64,000 nt of DNA, from IMG/VR virus record IMGVR_UViG_3300032331_003094, positions 18,213-82,212 of that record. One strand, 5' to 3'. The first letter of the stretch is position 1. Every line of letters starts with the position of its first letter. Of this stretch, positions 19,054 to 28,370 are shown piece after piece. Under the pieces are notes generated by a model, which worked only from the letters and a program-made list of their open reading frames with translations, was not told where the DNA came from and made no database searches. The position numbers were made by a program, and so were the translations under genes. The DNA is from a virus.

Positions 19054-20073
19054 TCAGCCTATATTTTGTTGTGTTGGATCCAAGGGAACTGTACTGTATT
19101 GTTCTTGATAGTCATGTAGATCAGGAAGCCTAGGGCGGTTAGCCATCGCAATAACTTCGTTCACCACATTACCAATTGCAGCGCCGCCAACAGAACCTGC
19201 AAGCCCTGCCAAGATAGTGCGATTAGGGCTAACGCCACGCCTGCCTGCCATGGCAAGTCCAGTCGCTGCACCAGCTGTTGCAGCAGCCGATGGGATGGTA
19301 ATAGGAAAACCAAGGAGACGTGCTTCCGGCACACCTTGAAGATTTTCTGTGGTTGCTTTTAAAACACCAAGATTTAATAAACCTTTATCTTGGTAATAAG
19401 TTCGCATAAAATTACCGTACCTTTGAGGTGTTAAATCAGGAATATCTTGTTTTGCTGTCTCGTATTTAAGTGGTTGTCCTTGACGTTGTAAAAAGAAACG
19501 CTCAAACAATTCTTCCGCAGGTTGGGTAGTTTCACGACGATCTTCTGAACCAGGTTCTGCATACTGTTGAGCAAAACCCTTTGGCCTAAACAACTCACCT
19601 GGATTGGTAATATCATAAATACCCATTGATGCAGCAACAGGTGTCATCGTTGCAAGACCTAACAAACCCTTCTGGGTTGGTGTCATTTGTGAAACCTGTT
19701 CACCAACTTTGCCTGCTTTAGCAATTAATTGTTGAGAAATAGCTAGTGGGTTATTGTATTTCCACCAATAACGACGAGATTGATCAGTACCAAGATCAGT
19801 GATTACCCTGGCGGCATAAGCTCCAGCAAACTCTGCGGGATTGGCTTTAGCCGTAATTGGCTCGCGCCCAGGTTGTTGAACGGGTCTGGGAACACCATCT
19901 ACATCTTGAATGACTTTTTTACCAGAAGCTCCTGCTGTCAATGCTTTATTAAATGCTGGATTAAAAATACTATGTACAGCGGTATCACCCGCTTCTTGCA
20001 TAATTTGTTCACCAGTTTTATAACCTCTTTTTAAAGCTTGGCCAAACTCAATAATGCTTTGTGGTAATTGCAT
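19054..20073 (-). CDS. Putative internal virion protein
   Basis: 339 aa with C-terminal glycine-zipper-like helices. Confidence 0.55.
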   Translation of the reverse strand: MQLPQSIIEFGQALKRGYKTGEQIMQEAGDTAVHSIFNPAFNKALTAGASGKKVIQDVDGVPRPVQQPGREPITAKANPAEFAGAYAARVITDLGTDQSRRYWWKYNNPLAISQQLIAKAGKVGEQVSQMTPTQKGLLGLATMTPVAASMGIYDITNPGELFRPKGFAQQYAEPGSEDRRETTQPAEELFERFFLQRQGQPLKYETAKQDIPDLTPQRYGNFMRTYYQDKGLLNLGVLKATTENLQGVPEARLLGFPITIPSAAATAGAATGLAMAGRRGVSPNRTILAGLAGSVGGAAIGNVVNEVIAMANRPRLPDLHDYQEQYSTVPLDPTQQNIG

Positions 20074-20693
20074 TAGATCACACCCCGTCCATAACCATAG
20101 GGATCAGCCATATTTGCCATTAACGTGCTTGGATCAATCGTTTGTTCTAATCCTTGCATTTGGAATTGAGTACCAGGGGACAAGGCTTGTGCTTGCAAAC
20201 CATTAACCAGTTCCCGTTGCAATGCTTGTTGTTGCATTGAAACAGTTTGATCTATGTCTTCTTGTTGTTTTTGAATTAAAGAATTTTGAATCATTGGCAT
20301 TGCTGCCAGGCTGGAAATAATGGGCGAGACGCCTTGAACAAGTCCTTGAGCCCTTGATGGCATAAATTCTGGCCTGGTAACTGTCTTTCCATCTTGTTGA
20401 TATGACAGTGTCCCCATCCTTCCAGGGGAAAGCCTACCTGCAAGCTTCATGCCACCGTAATTGATGCCAAGATCCATTGCACCAGCGGCAAGGGAGGTCA
20501 TTGGATCGACACCACCAAGCATGTTAAACCCAGCTACCATAATGGCACCAGGTACTGAACTGCCCAAAAGAGATTTATTAATGGCTTGTTTTTCTGCTTG
20601 CTGGGCAGCAGAAAGCATACCGGTTTGGCCCAAGCGTCCTGCAAGGTTTCTAAGACTACTTCCTAATCCTTTTGTAGCAGCGTTGGGTGCCAT
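20073..20693 (-). CDS. Putative internal virion protein
   Basis: 206 aa, stop/start overlap with next gene. Confidence 0.55.
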   Translation of the reverse strand: MAPNAATKGLGSSLRNLAGRLGQTGMLSAAQQAEKQAINKSLLGSSVPGAIMVAGFNMLGGVDPMTSLAAGAMDLGINYGGMKLAGRLSPGRMGTLSYQQDGKTVTRPEFMPSRAQGLVQGVSPIISSLAAMPMIQNSLIQKQQEDIDQTVSMQQQALQRELVNGLQAQALSPGTQFQMQGLEQTIDPSTLMANMADPYGYGRGVI

Positions 20694-20729
20694 ATATCAA
20701 CACTTTTCTTTAATTATATTTCAGATAAC

Positions 20730-21332
20730 CTAAGCATTTTGTGATTTAAACACTTCTTTTGGGTCTTCGGTATTAAGTTCTTTTTCGAGTATTGGTTTTT
20801 TAGATTTAGAAAGAAGACCGGCGACAGAAGGTTGTGGATCAACTGTATCTTCTGCTTGCGATTGTGCCATTTGCATGATGTATCCATGTGGATCGGGGTT
20901 GGATGCTTTGGGCATAGGACTTTTTGCTCTTTTACCAGGGGGTATGGTAGGGCTGATTTTGTACGCATCCAACCAAATAGGATTGAAATCTGGGTTTTCC
21001 TGTGGTTTATGTTCAGTGTTTGGCTGTCCTGTTTTAAAGTCATAATCGGTATGACGCACAAAACGACCAAGGCCAATAAATAACTGTGCTTCTAAAGGCG
21101 CATCTGGATCTACTGAACCTAGATGAGCATTCAACGTGCGCTTACGGGCTTGAACGCGATTAAGAATGTCAGACGTATTAAAACGTCCTGGGTCCCAAGG
21201 ATACTGACCTCCTATGCCAGAATTTGCATCAACTCTAAATTGATCAGAAAATGTTGTTTTTGTTTTGTTTTTGGGATCTTTAACAGCGCCAATATATTTG
21301 TTTAAATCAAGACGATCATCTGTGCCTTGCAT
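20730..21332 (-). CDS. Hypothetical protein
   Basis: 200 aa ORF. Confidence 0.6.
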   Translation of the reverse strand: MQGTDDRLDLNKYIGAVKDPKNKTKTTFSDQFRVDANSGIGGQYPWDPGRFNTSDILNRVQARKRTLNAHLGSVDPDAPLEAQLFIGLGRFVRHTDYDFKTGQPNTEHKPQENPDFNPIWLDAYKISPTIPPGKRAKSPMPKASNPDPHGYIMQMAQSQAEDTVDPQPSVAGLLSKSKKPILEKELNTEDPKEVFKSQNA

Positions 21333-21551
21333 TTAGCTTTCACCTTTTTTCTTCTTATGTAATCCTACAAGTGTTTGACGCAAGCGTGCTTGTTTAACAG
21401 TTTTATCATCATATTTTTCTGGATCAGCAAGAACATTTTCTTGTAATTGAGCAGAAGTAATACCTTTCTTTTTAGCTTTAGCCGTAAAGGCACCTTCTTT
21501 CATATCCATGTCTTGGATCCATTTCTTATCTTTTTTCTTATCGTTTGCCAT
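21333..21551 (-). CDS. Small basic hypothetical protein
   Basis: KKWIQ...KEGAFTAKAKKKG...KQARLRQTL, a common small phage protein pattern. Confidence 0.65.
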   Translation of the reverse strand: MANDKKKDKKWIQDMDMKEGAFTAKAKKKGITSAQLQENVLADPEKYDDKTVKQARLRQTLVGLHKKKKGES

Positions 21552-21553
21552 GA

Positions 21554-24523
21554 TTAAAACAACGTCGGTTGAATTCGCACTTGAGAAGTTAACGGTGTTG
21601 TTCGCCCTCTTTGAAGTTTACTCATGTAAGCTTCAAGTTGTTGAGCGGCTACATCTGCTGGAGTAGTGCGAACCCTAGCAGCAGCTGTAGTTGAAGGAAC
21701 AATATCAGAAGGAAGATTTAACTGGATAGACGGTTGAGGACTAGCTTCTTTTGGAAAGTTAATACGCACCGGCCTAGCCAAAACACTAGATGGATATGGT
21801 CCCATATTAGCTTGTGGATATTTTACACGGCCCAGACGTATGTCTTCAGTGAGGCGTGAAGGTGTGGTTTGTACACGAGGCGTAAAGAATGCAACGCCAG
21901 TGCCTTCAGCAACGGCTTGGCTGGCGTCTTCGAACTGCATTGGGTCTGCACCACTCAAACCAAGTTGACGATGCAAGCCTGGCAGCTGTTGCGTTGGATA
22001 ACCTGCACCTTCTACCCAGTTACGCCCATAGCGTCCATAGTTAAGTGGATCTTGAGTTTTCTTTTGAATTTCCCCAGTATATGGTGAACCATAAATTTTG
22101 CGTTCAGCAGTGACATTAGTTACATCACCAACAAATTGATGTTTAGCTGAAGGATCTTGGAGAACAGGTAAATCAATTTTTTGTGTATCTAATAAGTGTT
22201 GATGTAGTTGATCAGCAACGTAACCAGTATGGTGATATGCCTCACCAAGTTTGTTGGGATCTGTTGCATCACGACGAACGGCAACAGCTTTATTTACAGT
22301 TTGTCCATTTGAATAACGTTGTTCAATAACTTCATAACCATGGTCTGCCAGATAATTTAAGTCTCCTTCATTACCGGTATTAGCCAAATAATCCAACTTG
22401 GTTTGACCCAGGTTGTTCCATTTGGATGAAGCTACTTCTGCAGCGTTTTGAATCGCAGCAATGTCAACCGTTGTTGGTTTTAAACCTTCAGAGGTACGCT
22501 CCATAAGCGGACCATAAACTGGTTTTGATACAACAAAATCCTGGCCTTGGTGTGTGACCAAGTCACCAACCATGTAAGGTTGAATGCTTAAAGTCTGACT
22601 ACCAGGCTGATGTGCGCCTTCTGCTGGTAAATATTTAATTTGATCTAAACGATTAACAGGAAAGTTTTCAGTTTGTGTTTTAACAACCGGCACCATTTGG
22701 CCGTTTTCTTTAATGTGAATTTGAATATCGGGACGTTTGCCAGCAACGGCAGGACCTGTTAAGAAATGTGGAGTTGCTTCTGGAAGCTCATAGCCACCAA
22801 TAAGTTTTGTACTCGTAACTGGCTCGGTAACTAAAGTAAATGGATTTTCAGGATCAGTAGTGCCCTCAACTCCGGTGCTTTGTTCACCAAGTAGATTAGA
22901 ACGTGGAAATAAAACACCTTCTTTAGTGCGTTCTTGACGAACAGAAGCAGCAGGAATACCTTTAGCTTCTTGTACCTCACCAGGCATAAACGTTGTGCCG
23001 GTATTAGTTTGTTCTTTAAATCCTAAAGTTTCAACAAGCGGTTGGCCAAGGTTTTCTTGTAAGATAGTTGGCGAAACATCTTGCATGCCAAGCGCTTTTC
23101 CATGTTTGTAAAGATAAAGTCCAGTTCCAGCTTTATCCCAGTCTTCATCAATTTGTTGTTCTAAACCTTTACGTTCCATAAAGGTCATATTTGAATGCAT
23201 ACGCTCTGGATCTAATCCATAACGTTTAACATCTTCTGCCGTAACGGTTGTATTGCGTGGATGTAAAAATCCAGATTCAGGATTTGTTTTAATTAACTGC
23301 CCTTCTGAATAATAACCTTCTGCTGAATTTGCATCCCAATGAGGAATAAAATGATTAAAAAGTAAATTTTCATATTCTGGATTATTTACTTCACGAATAC
23401 CAGTAACAGTACCGGCAGTGCCAAGACGTTGTTCTAAAAACTTTTGCGCGACCTCAGGACCTGCTTGTTCTTGTAAACGACGTGCAGCAAAATTTTCAAA
23501 GTCAGTTGGACCCATTTGACCATAGGTCCGCATCTCCATAGTTGGATTAACTCCTGCAGTGGTACCTAATAAATGCCGTACTTTTTCAGTTGGAACATTA
23601 GGGTTTAATAGCAATTGAGCTTCACCAGGAGAAGCACTGCCTGCTGCCATGATGCGATCACGCACTTCAGTATTGGTTAAGCCGTAACTAGAAGGAAGGG
23701 CACTTTCTGCATATGAAATTCCCCTTGTTCTACCAGGGACTTGAATAAGTCCTGTAAGATCTTCTGCGGTATAAACTTTGGCTGGATTTCTAACAGCTTG
23801 TAATGCTTGTGAACGTTGGCCTAATTGCTCCAACATTTCTTCATGTGCCCACATCATATGTGCGGCATCTTGAAGATTTTTATTGCGTGCAGTAATAACT
23901 GATGCATCTTTACTAAATGCACCAAAACCACTCAAGTCAACTTGTGGGTTACGACGCAATTGTTGCACTGTATGTTGTGTAACTTGATCTTCTGCCGCAC
24001 CAAGAGCATTTAATGTTTGGCTTGTATGTAATGATTGTTGTGCATTGTGAAAATCAACTAATGTTGTTGTTTGCTTACTTAAATCAACAGTTGAAGGTTT
24101 AACAGCTGCTTCTGTAAACCAAGGAGCACTTGGGATATAACGTGAACTTGGCGGTTGGGGAACACTGCTTTGTCCCAAAGGATCCGCCATGGGTGCAGCA
24201 GCTGCCACACGACGTGCGTTTTGTACAGCTTGCTGTGGAATTTCTTCTGCTGCTACCTTTGCTGCGGCTTGACCTGCGCCACGCCCACGCATGGCACGCA
24301 CTAGAGCTGGAGCACCAAAATATGTACCAGTACCTATGCCTGCAAGTAGAGCTGCACCACCCAAGAAATCGAGTAACCCAGGTCCCTGCTTAGGTGCTTG
24401 TAAGCGATTTTGTTGAAATGCCAGGACTTCCGGGGCTTGTTTAGCGCGATCTTCTGGTGTATCCGCAACCGGTGCCCCTGTTGCACGGCTATAAGCGTAA
24501 AAATCAGCAGGTGACAGGGGCAT
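21554..24523 (-). CDS. Large putative internal virion protein with N-terminal hydrophobic helix
   Basis: 989 aa ORF; LLDFLGGAALLAGIGTGTYFGA. Confidence 0.65.
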   Translation of the reverse strand: MPLSPADFYAYSRATGAPVADTPEDRAKQAPEVLAFQQNRLQAPKQGPGLLDFLGGAALLAGIGTGTYFGAPALVRAMRGRGAGQAAAKVAAEEIPQQAVQNARRVAAAAPMADPLGQSSVPQPPSSRYIPSAPWFTEAAVKPSTVDLSKQTTTLVDFHNAQQSLHTSQTLNALGAAEDQVTQHTVQQLRRNPQVDLSGFGAFSKDASVITARNKNLQDAAHMMWAHEEMLEQLGQRSQALQAVRNPAKVYTAEDLTGLIQVPGRTRGISYAESALPSSYGLTNTEVRDRIMAAGSASPGEAQLLLNPNVPTEKVRHLLGTTAGVNPTMEMRTYGQMGPTDFENFAARRLQEQAGPEVAQKFLEQRLGTAGTVTGIREVNNPEYENLLFNHFIPHWDANSAEGYYSEGQLIKTNPESGFLHPRNTTVTAEDVKRYGLDPERMHSNMTFMERKGLEQQIDEDWDKAGTGLYLYKHGKALGMQDVSPTILQENLGQPLVETLGFKEQTNTGTTFMPGEVQEAKGIPAASVRQERTKEGVLFPRSNLLGEQSTGVEGTTDPENPFTLVTEPVTSTKLIGGYELPEATPHFLTGPAVAGKRPDIQIHIKENGQMVPVVKTQTENFPVNRLDQIKYLPAEGAHQPGSQTLSIQPYMVGDLVTHQGQDFVVSKPVYGPLMERTSEGLKPTTVDIAAIQNAAEVASSKWNNLGQTKLDYLANTGNEGDLNYLADHGYEVIEQRYSNGQTVNKAVAVRRDATDPNKLGEAYHHTGYVADQLHQHLLDTQKIDLPVLQDPSAKHQFVGDVTNVTAERKIYGSPYTGEIQKKTQDPLNYGRYGRNWVEGAGYPTQQLPGLHRQLGLSGADPMQFEDASQAVAEGTGVAFFTPRVQTTPSRLTEDIRLGRVKYPQANMGPYPSSVLARPVRINFPKEASPQPSIQLNLPSDIVPSTTAAARVRTTPADVAAQQLEAYMSKLQRGRTTPLTSQVRIQPTLF

Positions 24524-24633
24524 TGGACTTTATTGTAACTATTTAGCTCTTCATTACATTTTATACGGGATAATTTTTAAAAATACGGGTTGTATAGTAG
24601 GTAAATGCCCGATGTTTAGTAAAACATCAAGAA

Positions 24634-24858
24634 ATGGACGTACAACAACGCATTAATAAAGTTCAAGGCCTCCAGGCTGTCAAAGATCAAGCCATGAAGA
24701 TGGCTGATGAAGGAGCTGGCGCCCTTGAAGTGCGGCACTTTGTGAATGAAGGGGCCAAACGTGTGGCGTATGAACACCCAGACGAGGAAGCATTCCACAA
24801 AGCAGCCAGGGCAACACTGGCTTACAAGCAACAAAAAGAACAAGGATTAACTTTTTGA
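24634..24858 (+). CDS. Hypothetical protein
   Basis: 74 aa ORF with its own terminator. Confidence 0.65.
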   Translation: MDVQQRINKVQGLQAVKDQAMKMADEGAGALEVRHFVNEGAKRVAYEHPDEEAFHKAARATLAYKQQKEQGLTF

Positions 24859-24884
24859 CCGTAATTAGGAAATATTGGTAAATT

Positions 24885-24910
24885 ACCGGGGATTACACCC
24901 CGGTTTTTTT
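24885..24910 (+). terminator. Rho-independent terminator
   Basis: ACCGGGG-ATTACA-CCCCGGT followed by a T run. Confidence 0.85.
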
Positions 24911-25372
24911 GTGTAAATTCTTGGGCTAAGTGGGGTAAATACGTACAAAAATTAACTTTTACTTGAAAGTAAGGTTTTTGTACTTATAAAAGGGGTCAAT
25001 ATATCCCCAAATGGGGTAGAAAATTACCTGACGCTTCTCCACACACCCACCCGACATTAAATGTGGGGAGAAAAAAAGAAAGGTGTAAGGGGTTGAATTT
25101 TTGAGGGTCTGGGTGTTGGCGGCGAACACCCCTGCGGTGTGAGCCGAACCCCTAAGTTACGGGCGATACGGATTCGTATCACGCCGTAGCCTAAGCCCCG
25201 GTCCACCTAACATACCCTAATGTCAGCAAACGCTAACAATTGGGTAGCAATTGGTGCTCCGCCCGTCACAGCGGCGCGGTACAGAACGGTGGCTTTTATA
25301 GCACAGGGAGTTTACGGGGGATGCGCATCCGTTATCACGCATACATTCCACACTAACCGAAGGTTACTTTCA

Positions 25373-25681
25373 ATGGCTATGCGTAAGTTCCTGGCTGACA
25401 AACTCCTGTCATTAGCTACAGCTATTGAACAGGACACAAGCAAGGAGAAGGTTCAGGCTGCAGTGATAGTTGGCCGACGCAAGTTGGCTGACTGGATCCA
25501 GCCTGAGACAAGAACAGTTACTGGTGAACAACTCTTTAAGTTCATGGGTACCTTTAGCAACAAGGACTTAGCTGATGCACAAACTATTGCTGAGCACGCT
25601 CACAAAGACTTAGGCAGAAGCTACAACCAGACATTGGTTGACGTGTTGCTTGAGATGCGTAAAGCAGAACTTGCAAGTTGA
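25373..25681 (+). CDS. Early protein, paralogue A
   Basis: C-terminal QLFKFMGTFSNKDLADAQTIAEH... duplicated in the next gene. Confidence 0.7.
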   Translation: MAMRKFLADKLLSLATAIEQDTSKEKVQAAVIVGRRKLADWIQPETRTVTGEQLFKFMGTFSNKDLADAQTIAEHAHKDLGRSYNQTLVDVLLEMRKAELAS

Positions 25682-25722
25682 TCCGTACAAGCGGGTGACC
25701 AGGTGCAAACCCTGGTCCAACT
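25676..25722 (+). repeat. Three-way-junction element, copy 1
   Basis: AGTTG..CCG-TACAAG-CGG..GACCAGG-TGCAAAC-CCTGGTC-CAACT. Confidence 0.7.
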
Positions 25723-25763
25723 ATTGCCTACAGCGGAGATGGGCACCGCACAGCTCAAGTTCA

Positions 25764-25979
25764 ATGCAGCTTACGTACGATCAACTCTTTAAGTTTATGG
25801 GAACATTCAGTAACCAAGATTTAAATGATGCACAGACTATTGCTGAACATGTTTACCAAAGGTTAGGCAAAAGTTATAACCAATGTTTGGTTAACGTTTT
25901 GGTTGAGATGCGTATGCATCAAGATTCAGAAACGTATGATTCAGCGCCTGAATTAACTTGGCCTGAACTTTACAACTGA
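25764..25979 (+). CDS. Early protein, paralogue B
   Basis: MQLTYDQLFKFMGTFSNQDLNDAQTIAEH. Confidence 0.7.
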   Translation: MQLTYDQLFKFMGTFSNQDLNDAQTIAEHVYQRLGKSYNQCLVNVLVEMRMHQDSETYDSAPELTWPELYN

Positions 25980-26022
25980 GTCCGTTAAAGCGGCATGCCT
26001 GGGTGCAAACCCCAGGCTCAGT
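25975..26022 (+). repeat. Three-way-junction element, copy 2
   Basis: ACTGA..CCG-TTAAAG-CGG..GCCTGGG-TGCAAAC-CCCAGGC-TCAGT. Confidence 0.7.
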
Positions 26023-26056
26023 ATTGCCACACGCTGAGTGTGGCTTAATTCAAATC

Positions 26057-26257
26057 ATGTCACTTATTAAGAACGCATACGTATGTGTTGTGAATGGTGA
26101 ACCAGAACTATTCGAGACGCAGGCAGAAGCTATAGAACATGCTGCGGAACTTAGTTTCCAATGGCATAATTCAACAGCTGATGTACCTGCTCCACGACTG
26201 GCAGTCATGTCAGTTAATGGCTGGTTACAATTACAATCACAACTAGCACTCGTCTGA
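26057..26257 (+). CDS. Small early protein
   Basis: ATG after an A/T-rich leader; stop embedded in the following repeat. Confidence 0.6.
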   Translation: MSLIKNAYVCVVNGEPELFETQAEAIEHAAELSFQWHNSTADVPAPRLAVMSVNGWLQLQSQLALV

Positions 26258-26304
26258 TGTTTGCCCGGAGGACTTCGGTCCTCCCTGCAGACTTCACTGT
26301 CTGC
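26256..26304 (+). repeat. 49-bp perfect direct repeat, copy 1
   Basis: GATGTTTGCCCGGAGGACTTCGGTCCTCCCTGCAGACTTCACTGTCTGC. Confidence 0.95.
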
Positions 26305-26328
26305 GCTCAACTCAACTCAGTTCTAATC

Positions 26329-26586
26329 ATGAACGTTGCACAAGTTGAACATCTGTTAACCCACGATGCCAGACTGTTGGCTCGCAGGGATTCCAGTGCC
26401 GAGCTGCCTTGTATTGATTGGAACATCGAAGAGCGGCGTCAAGCTGCTCTCGAATTGTTCTATCAGTTTCAAGACGGCATGGCCAAGTTTGAAGACCTGT
26501 TGCCAATCTGTGGACTGCTTCAGAAGAAGGTTGACATCAACCGGATTGCTCTGAAGTGGGAACAGGAATATGGCATCGATGAGTGA
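26329..26586 (+). CDS. Small early protein
   Basis: MNVAQVEHLLTHDARLLARRD... Confidence 0.65.
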   Translation: MNVAQVEHLLTHDARLLARRDSSAELPCIDWNIEERRQAALELFYQFQDGMAKFEDLLPICGLLQKKVDINRIALKWEQEYGIDE

Positions 26587-26738
26587 TGGATAACGCATAC
26601 ACTGTTTGGCGCGTGTGGCATGACCAGTCAGTGATTGAGCTAATAGCTCGAACACGGACTGAAGCATTAGTCGCAGGCGCCGAACTACTCAACAAGAAGA
26701 TTGTTGATTTAAACGTGGTGCGAATCTACGACTGGTAG
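26586..26738 (+). CDS. Small early protein (50 aa, below the ORF-track cutoff)
   Basis: TGATG overlap; MDNAYTVWRVWHDQSVIELIARTRTEALVAGAELL... Confidence 0.55.
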   Translation: MDNAYTVWRVWHDQSVIELIARTRTEALVAGAELLNKKIVDLNVVRIYDW

Positions 26739-26786
26739 ATGTTTGCCCGGAGGACTTCGGTCCTCCCTGCAGACTTCACTGTCTGC
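26738..26786 (+). repeat. 49-bp perfect direct repeat, copy 2
   Basis: Identical to 26256..26304. Confidence 0.95.
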
Positions 26787-26831
26787 CGTGGTACGTATGT
26801 ACTACGCCATTAACTCAACTCAGTACTAACC

Positions 26832-27221
26832 ATGACTGATCTTAAGAAGCTCCCTGACTTTCAGCATGTCACCTTCCATGGACGCATTGCTTACATGGAG
26901 AAAGCCGTGCATGAAGGCCAAGAATTCTTGGCAGTAACACTCATGCATACCATTAGTGAGAACACGGATGTCCGTGTGAAGTTCACTAATAGCAACGGTT
27001 TGCTGACTGCATTTATCAATGGCAACCTTGTCATTGGTCAGGAGCTGACCATTGGCGGAACTATCAAAGGCATTCGTTCTTTCTACATGAAAGACGATGT
27101 CCTCACTCCGCTCAAGAATCCAGAGTTCAATGTGCGTGTCATCAATTATGCCTTTGGTGCCAAGCCAAAGGCTGAACCTAAGATGGCACAAGTCACATTA
27201 GAAGAAGCTCTGGTTGCCTGA
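26832..27221 (+). CDS. Putative OB-fold (SSB-like) protein
   Basis: FQHVTFHGRI...LVIGQELTIGGTI pattern. Confidence 0.45.
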   Translation: MTDLKKLPDFQHVTFHGRIAYMEKAVHEGQEFLAVTLMHTISENTDVRVKFTNSNGLLTAFINGNLVIGQELTIGGTIKGIRSFYMKDDVLTPLKNPEFNVRVINYAFGAKPKAEPKMAQVTLEEALVA

Positions 27222-27332
27222 CGCCTGCACTTAACCCTGCCGTGTGATACGAATTCGTATTGCGCGGTGGGTTTTCTGCAGGCCTCAACACTGAGGTCTG
27301 TAACATAACTTAACATCACTCAGGAGGATTCA

Positions 27333-27542
27333 ATGAAACGCATCGTGTCACTTGGCAACAACCGTTACATCCACATGGATTCCTACCGTGGGACCACAGG
27401 GCCTTATCCGTTGGAACCATTCATTGTTGGATTCATTGTTGTTGCCATCAGTGCTATCACGGTTGGTGCATTACTTGGTACTGACATTACCAAAGCACCA
27501 ACTGTGCACATTCCATTCACTAAACCTGTTGCTGGTCACTAA
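27333..27542 (+). CDS. Small membrane protein
   Basis: AGGAGG RBS; one hydrophobic helix. Confidence 0.65.
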   Translation: MKRIVSLGNNRYIHMDSYRGTTGPYPLEPFIVGFIVVAISAITVGALLGTDITKAPTVHIPFTKPVAGH

Positions 27543-28048
27543 TCACATGAATCAATTCGTTGCACTAATCACTGATGCAACCGGGTCTTATGCCACGGTT
27601 GTAGTCTCAGCTAATACCTGGAGTAATGCCGTCAACCAACTCGAAGATGTTGGTTGTGAGGTGATTGAAAATCAATCAGAAGATTATGAAGGGTATTGGG
27701 ATGAGGATTTGAAAGACGATGGTGTCCTTACGATTAATGAATTGTTAAGCAATTCAGACTTCGTGGCACACCCTTGACATCGCTTGTATACTGATCACGC
27801 AACCACAACTTAACTCACATGCTAGTCACTGATCAACTTGATTTCAGCAGCCCTGATCATGTAACGATATGTTCTAAGCATGATCGGTTGACTATCTACA
27901 TCCATGGCAACACTTCATCTGTGCGATTGACTTATCAATTGCAACAGGAAGACAATGGATGTACTCCCCCATTCCCCTTGCAGCAAACGTAGCTGAAGCT
28001 AGTAGGGGTATGGGGTACCAAGGTGTAAGTAATTCTTACACGTTGAAT

Positions 28049-28076
28049 GGACCTGAGCATGTCCTTAAACTGCTCA
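28049..28076 (+). promoter_or_regulatory. Pseudoknot-like element, copy 1 (others at 30292, 34543, 37962, 39071, 43357)
   Basis: GGAC-C-TGAGCA-T-GTCC-TTAAAC-TGCTCA. Confidence 0.75.
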
Positions 28077-28370
28077 ACACATAACCTATGTGTTATCAAC
28101 AATCTTAATAAGTGACAGTTATTGAGATTACAACTATCCCATTGCAATTCAACCATGACTTACTCACAGCCAGAACTTGATCGCATCGAAAGTCAAGCCA
28201 CTGCTGATTACTTGGATGTAATGGCAGACTTGGCCTATGAGATGGCTAATGCATTACGTGAAGAATACGAGGATGATCACTATGAAGAAGCAGCAGGTTA
28301 ACTACGATACCGTCACAGTTATTGTGGCGGTTGTTTACATACTATTCACACTACTCATCCAGGCAATCCA

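Noticed and set aside
25220-25372. N-terminal extensions in the ORF track (25220, 25638, 26003, 26257, 30302, 43475)
   Set aside because: They run through structured spacers or upstream genes; internal ATGs after A/C-rich leaders are more plausible
25676-27302. CRISPR array or integron
   Set aside because: Repeats are 300-480 bp apart and separated by genes, not 30-40-nt spacers; no cas or integrase gene and no attC R-box consensus
28049-28076. preQ1-I, SAM-II or fluoride riboswitch identity for the pseudoknots
   Set aside because: Topology or the AAAC linker is similar, but the ligand-binding consensus bases are not evident and downstream genes are unrelated; still needs an Rfam search
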